A DNA stretch of 47,559 nt, from the IMG/VR virus record IMGVR_UViG_3300038674_000378, positions 1 through 47,559 of that record; one strand, written 5' to 3'. Positions within the stretch are counted from its first letter, which is position 1. The number at the start of each line of letters is the position of its first letter. The translations under genes and the position numbers were made by a program. Positions 44,620-47,559 of this stretch are shown piece by piece. The notes beneath the pieces were generated by a model, which did no database searches, was not told where the DNA came from, and saw only the letters and a program-made list of their open reading frames with translations. The stretch comes from a virus. Taxonomy: Duplodnaviria > Caudoviricetes.

Positions 44620-45188
44620 AATGTCCTGTTGCTAATAACATCCCAAATCATAGCAAAATCATCAAGAGTCATGCCCTTAATCTGTGTCTCAATAGACTGT
44701 TGCCATGCCAGAATCCCTGTGCCGATATTTGTGGCCGCATCAGCATTCGCTACAATCTTTTTAGCCAATTCATCACGTGAGCAACCCCTGACAGCACACA
44801 GGGCATCTATGAGGGGCGTTTGAACTGCCAATAATGCTCTCGCTTCAGCTTCTTGCTGTGCCCAAGATTCCTTTTCTAGAACTGAATAATTGGAAAGAAT
44901 GGACTGATAAAGAGTATTCACTTTACCGTAAAGATAGGCCAACGCCTGACATTTTTTGTAAGCTAATTCTAGTTCAGGATCAGACGGAACCATGATACTG
45001 CCTAAGAACTCAAAATTAGCAAAATCTTCATCAGTTGCTTTGTGAGCATCAGGCAAGTAAAACACTTGATAAATATTGTTTATCAAATCTTTATAAAGGA
45101 AAACTTCGTATTCTGAGTGTCTATGTTCCAAGTCTACAACTTTTTCCTCACCATAAAACAATTCTAAATTGGCAGATACAGCCAGCAT
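44616..45188 (-). CDS. tail-fibre-assembly-like protein
   Basis: YS..EKESW.QQEAEARA...L..LCAVRG.SRDELAKKI pattern common downstream of tail fibres. Confidence 0.6.
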   Translation of the reverse strand: MLAVSANLELFYGEEKVVDLEHRHSEYEVFLYKDLINNIYQVFYLPDAHKATDEDFANFEFLGSIMVPSDPELELAYKKCQALAYLYGKVNTLYQSILSNYSVLEKESWAQQEAEARALLAVQTPLIDALCAVRGCSRDELAKKIVANADAATNIGTGILAWQQSIETQIKGMTLDDFAMIWDVISNRTL

Positions 45189-45195
45189 AAAAACC

Positions 45196-45579
45196 TCACA
45201 GCATGATCATTGATGGTTTAAATCCAGTTAAGTCCAATTTCTGGGGATCATAAAATTCAAAACCTTTTTCAGTATAAAAACAGTTGGTCATGTGCATTCT
45301 TCCATCTGGGAATTTTCCAACAGAAATGCCAAATGGAACTGCAAATTTCCAATTTTCTGCACATTGAATTTCTTTCACTTTTCCGCAAAGAATAAGGGCT
45401 AAATCGTCGCAATCACAAGAATCAGTTCTCCATTTGAATTGTTTTTCAGCATAGAGAGTGATCTGGTGCAACATGAAATCTTTAGAAGTTACAAAATATT
45501 TTTTATCCAAACGAGGAATATAAACCCATTTATACAATTTACGTATTTCTGAAGTAATAAAATCCCCGGAGATTTCCAT
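45196..45579 (-). CDS. papain/transglutaminase-like domain protein
   Basis: DCDDLA (Cys), HMTN (His), YDPQ. Confidence 0.55.
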   Translation of the reverse strand: MEISGDFITSEIRKLYKWVYIPRLDKKYFVTSKDFMLHQITLYAEKQFKWRTDSCDCDDLALILCGKVKEIQCAENWKFAVPFGISVGKFPDGRMHMTNCFYTEKGFEFYDPQKLDLTGFKPSMIML

Positions 45580-45586
45580 AAAAACC

Positions 45587-45889
45587 TCATGTGTAATTCT
45601 TGTGTAAAACCAAAAGAAATGTGCCCCACCTGCCCTTAAACGTCCCTAATTCAAAATATGGTTGAATTTTATAAGTTCCTTTTACTAATTTTTTTTCTGG
45701 GGGACAGACATGTCTAAAAACAAGATCATTCATTTCTAAAGTAACAGGCCATTCCTCTTCAATTTTTGTATCAGGGGGGATAACAAAAAATTTATAATTC
45801 ACCATTCCGGTGAATGATTCCACATTATTTATATGAGCGTCTATTACTAGACCTTCCACTCCTTCATATATTTTTGCATCATTTGCCAT
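45587..45889 (-). CDS. BppU-like beta-rich virion protein
   Basis: PD...EW...GTYKIQPY...G pattern; structural context. Confidence 0.45.
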   Translation of the reverse strand: MANDAKIYEGVEGLVIDAHINNVESFTGMVNYKFFVIPPDTKIEEEWPVTLEMNDLVFRHVCPPEKKLVKGTYKIQPYFELGTFKGRWGTFLLVLHKNYT

Positions 45890-45899
45890 TTGTCACCTC

Positions 45900-45925
45900 A
45901 AGAAAGAAGCCCCTTTCGGGGCTAT
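45900..45925 (-). terminator. intrinsic terminator (- strand)
   Basis: On the - strand AGCCCC-GAAA-GGGGCT-TCTTTCTT. Confidence 0.75.
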
Positions 45926-45931
45926 TGTTGT

Positions 45932-46351
45932 TTAAGCAGGTGGATTCTCAGTTGCAGCTATTGCAAATTCTCCAGCAAAGTTTCCCGTCGATAATGGGGT
46001 ATCTTCAGCATTGTTTACTGTAACTCTAGCGTAAACCGTTACAAGATCATCAGCAGAACTGCAATCCATATCTGCCGGATTTATGCTTGCCGCGTAGTCA
46101 ACATTATTCAAAGAAACTTCCCAAGTAATCCCAGACTGCTCTGTAGAGGGAGTAATTGAGATTGAAGTGTAACCACCGATATTTGTATTTCCATCCTGAG
46201 AAGCAACAAGGTAGAGTGTTACCGGAGCACTTGTTTTTGTTCCCCCAGTTTTATCAATCGTAACTGCACAAACAGCCGGATTTGTCATAGCCCCATCTTC
46301 AGAAAGATAATTGTAAGCGGGGGCGTTGTTTTTTGAAAGTTTGAGACTCAT
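45932..46351 (-). CDS. beta-rich structural protein
   Basis: 139 aa, T/S/N/A-rich; AAGGAGG SD. Confidence 0.6.
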   Translation of the reverse strand: MSLKLSKNNAPAYNYLSEDGAMTNPAVCAVTIDKTGGTKTSAPVTLYLVASQDGNTNIGGYTSISITPSTEQSGITWEVSLNNVDYAASINPADMDCSSADDLVTVYARVTVNNAEDTPLSTGNFAGEFAIAATENPPA

Positions 46352-46360
46352 AAAACCTCC

Positions 46361-47559
46361 TTAGATTTTTACTATGGTTATTTTATTGGTAGATTCTAAT
46401 GCTTTTACCACGTAAGATGCGGAATCTTTGGAAATAACGGTTATGCCGTAAGATTCAAAATCAACCTTAGCTATCTGTGAAAAATCAACCCCAATCACAT
46501 TTACTTTTCCATCCTGTATTATCGCGTATCCGAATGAAACGCCCGAAATTATATCTTGGAATTCAGAATAAGTTTTTGATACTTTTCCCTGAACATCAAA
46601 ACTGAACACGATTTCAGTATAGATTTTTGCAGAAATATCCTGGGTTAAGTTTATTTGAGATAAACACGAAACTTTCTGATCAAAGATAGATGATATTTCC
46701 GATCTTATTTTTGCAGAAATATCCTCCTGCACAGAAAAATCAGTGCTGATCTTTGCTAAAGCATCCATACTAACATACCAATTCCCGATGAGAGAAACAA
46801 CACAAGATGCGTCTTGGTAGATAACATGTGAGAAGCTGTTTCTACACAAAACATCGTAGGATTTTGATAAATTTTCTGAGATGGAAACTTTATTATCCAT
46901 TTGGCAGAAATTAGCTAATTGTGTTTTAACGGACACTGAATTATCAGAAACCAAATTATATTTTCTTGATACCTTAATTACTTCATCTTGATTTTCTGTG
47001 TAGATGGAAGAAACCTTTACATTTCCATCTTGAGTTGAAATTACATATTCCAGTATTTTTGATTTTCCATCAAAAATTAATTCCTTAGCGGAAGATATTG
47101 TGGATTTTGCATCTTGTGTGTTCTCAGTTAAAGCGGATATTTTTACCCTAGAATCCTGAATAAACCCAAAAATAGAAGATACACTTGCTTGAATACTCTG
47201 GACTAAACTATATGGCGTTCCTCCACCCGCCACATACTCCACACCAGCCGCATATTCCCAATCGCTCGGTACGCCATTGGTGAATTTTCTGATGCGGGTG
47301 TAGTACGTACCGCTGACAAGTCCCGTGGACTTGACGTATTCCAGAACGTCAGAATCAAAATTTCCTACATCAGCCCATTCGCCGTCATCGACCTTGATCT
47401 GAAGTTCCCAGTGGTTGACGGAGGGGAGGAAGTAGATCGGGGCTGTGCGCTTCTCTTTGATAAGACCAGCCAACATGGGGTCTGTTTTATTTGCGAGGAT
47501 TGCTATTTCAGCGGAGGAGAGGGCGCGGTTGTGAATAATTGGGTCAGCAATCCTGCCAA
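46361..47559 (-). CDS. tail/adhesin protein, 5'-truncated by the window: LamG end, FnIII-like segment, ~15-aa repeats
   Basis: The frame stays open past ATG 47476 to the window edge and reads GRIADPIIHNRALSSAEI (LamG C-terminal motif); repeats QD(x)3K(I/V)S. Confidence 0.7.
   Translation of the reverse strand, partial: GRIADPIIHNRALSSAEIAILANKTDPMLAGLIKEKRTAPIYFLPSVNHWELQIKVDDGEWADVGNFDSDVLEYVKSTGLVSGTYYTRIRKFTNGVPSDWEYAAGVEYVAGGGTPYSLVQSIQASVSSIFGFIQDSRVKISALTENTQDAKSTISSAKELIFDGKSKILEYVISTQDGNVKVSSIYTENQDEVIKVSRKYNLVSDNSVSVKTQLANFCQMDNKVSISENLSKSYDVLCRNSFSHVIYQDASCVVSLIGNWYVSMDALAKISTDFSVQEDISAKIRSEISSIFDQKVSCLSQINLTQDISAKIYTEIVFSFDVQGKVSKTYSEFQDIISGVSFGYAIIQDGKVNVIGVDFSQIAKVDFESYGITVISKDSASYVVKALESTNKITIVKI

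Noticed and set aside
1-47559. Stop-codon reassignment explaining split genes (Rad50, DpdA)
   Set aside because: TAA, TAG and TGA all end full-length conserved genes here, and the split pieces are separated by other genes or lie in different frames

Overview
This window is part of a large tailed dsDNA bacteriophage genome. It is densely coding, with overlapping start/stop codons and GNRA/UUCG terminators, and I see no integrase or host housekeeping synteny. Bases 1-43,000 are + strand and carry three things. (1) A near-autonomous replication, recombination and repair module: SF2 helicase, primase, DnaB-like helicase, beta-clamp-like protein, DnaX-like clamp loader with an intein, UDG-fused PolA, gp32-like SSB, RecA, 5'-3' exonuclease, resolvase, ATP-dependent ligase, split Rad50/Mre11, ThyX and MazG. 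(2) A 7-deazaguanine DNA-modification cluster: FolE, QueD, QueE, a DpdA-like transglycosylase, a QueD-like/DpdL-like protein and a glycosyltransferase, with no QueC in the window. (3) Many small accessory ORFs. Bases 43,000-47,559 are - strand lysis and tail genes. The most unusual signals are: (a) a ~400-nt non-coding RNA at 19421-19825, right after a conserved uncharacterised protein, holding two circularly permuted tRNA-like domains (3' half + CCA, linker, 5' half) with opened anticodon loops, plus a second structured RNA upstream at ~18180-18350; (b) a DnaX intein whose endonuclease is encoded as a separate gene in the +1 frame; (c) a SEC-C zinc motif fused in front of a type IV prepilin cleavage site; (d) an HNH-AP2 endonuclease that split off the 5' end of the glycosyltransferase and supplied a recoded replacement; (e) an HNH-QueD fusion, a possibly split DpdA, and a Rad50 split at its zinc hook. 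All family calls come from reading motifs by eye; no database searches were run.
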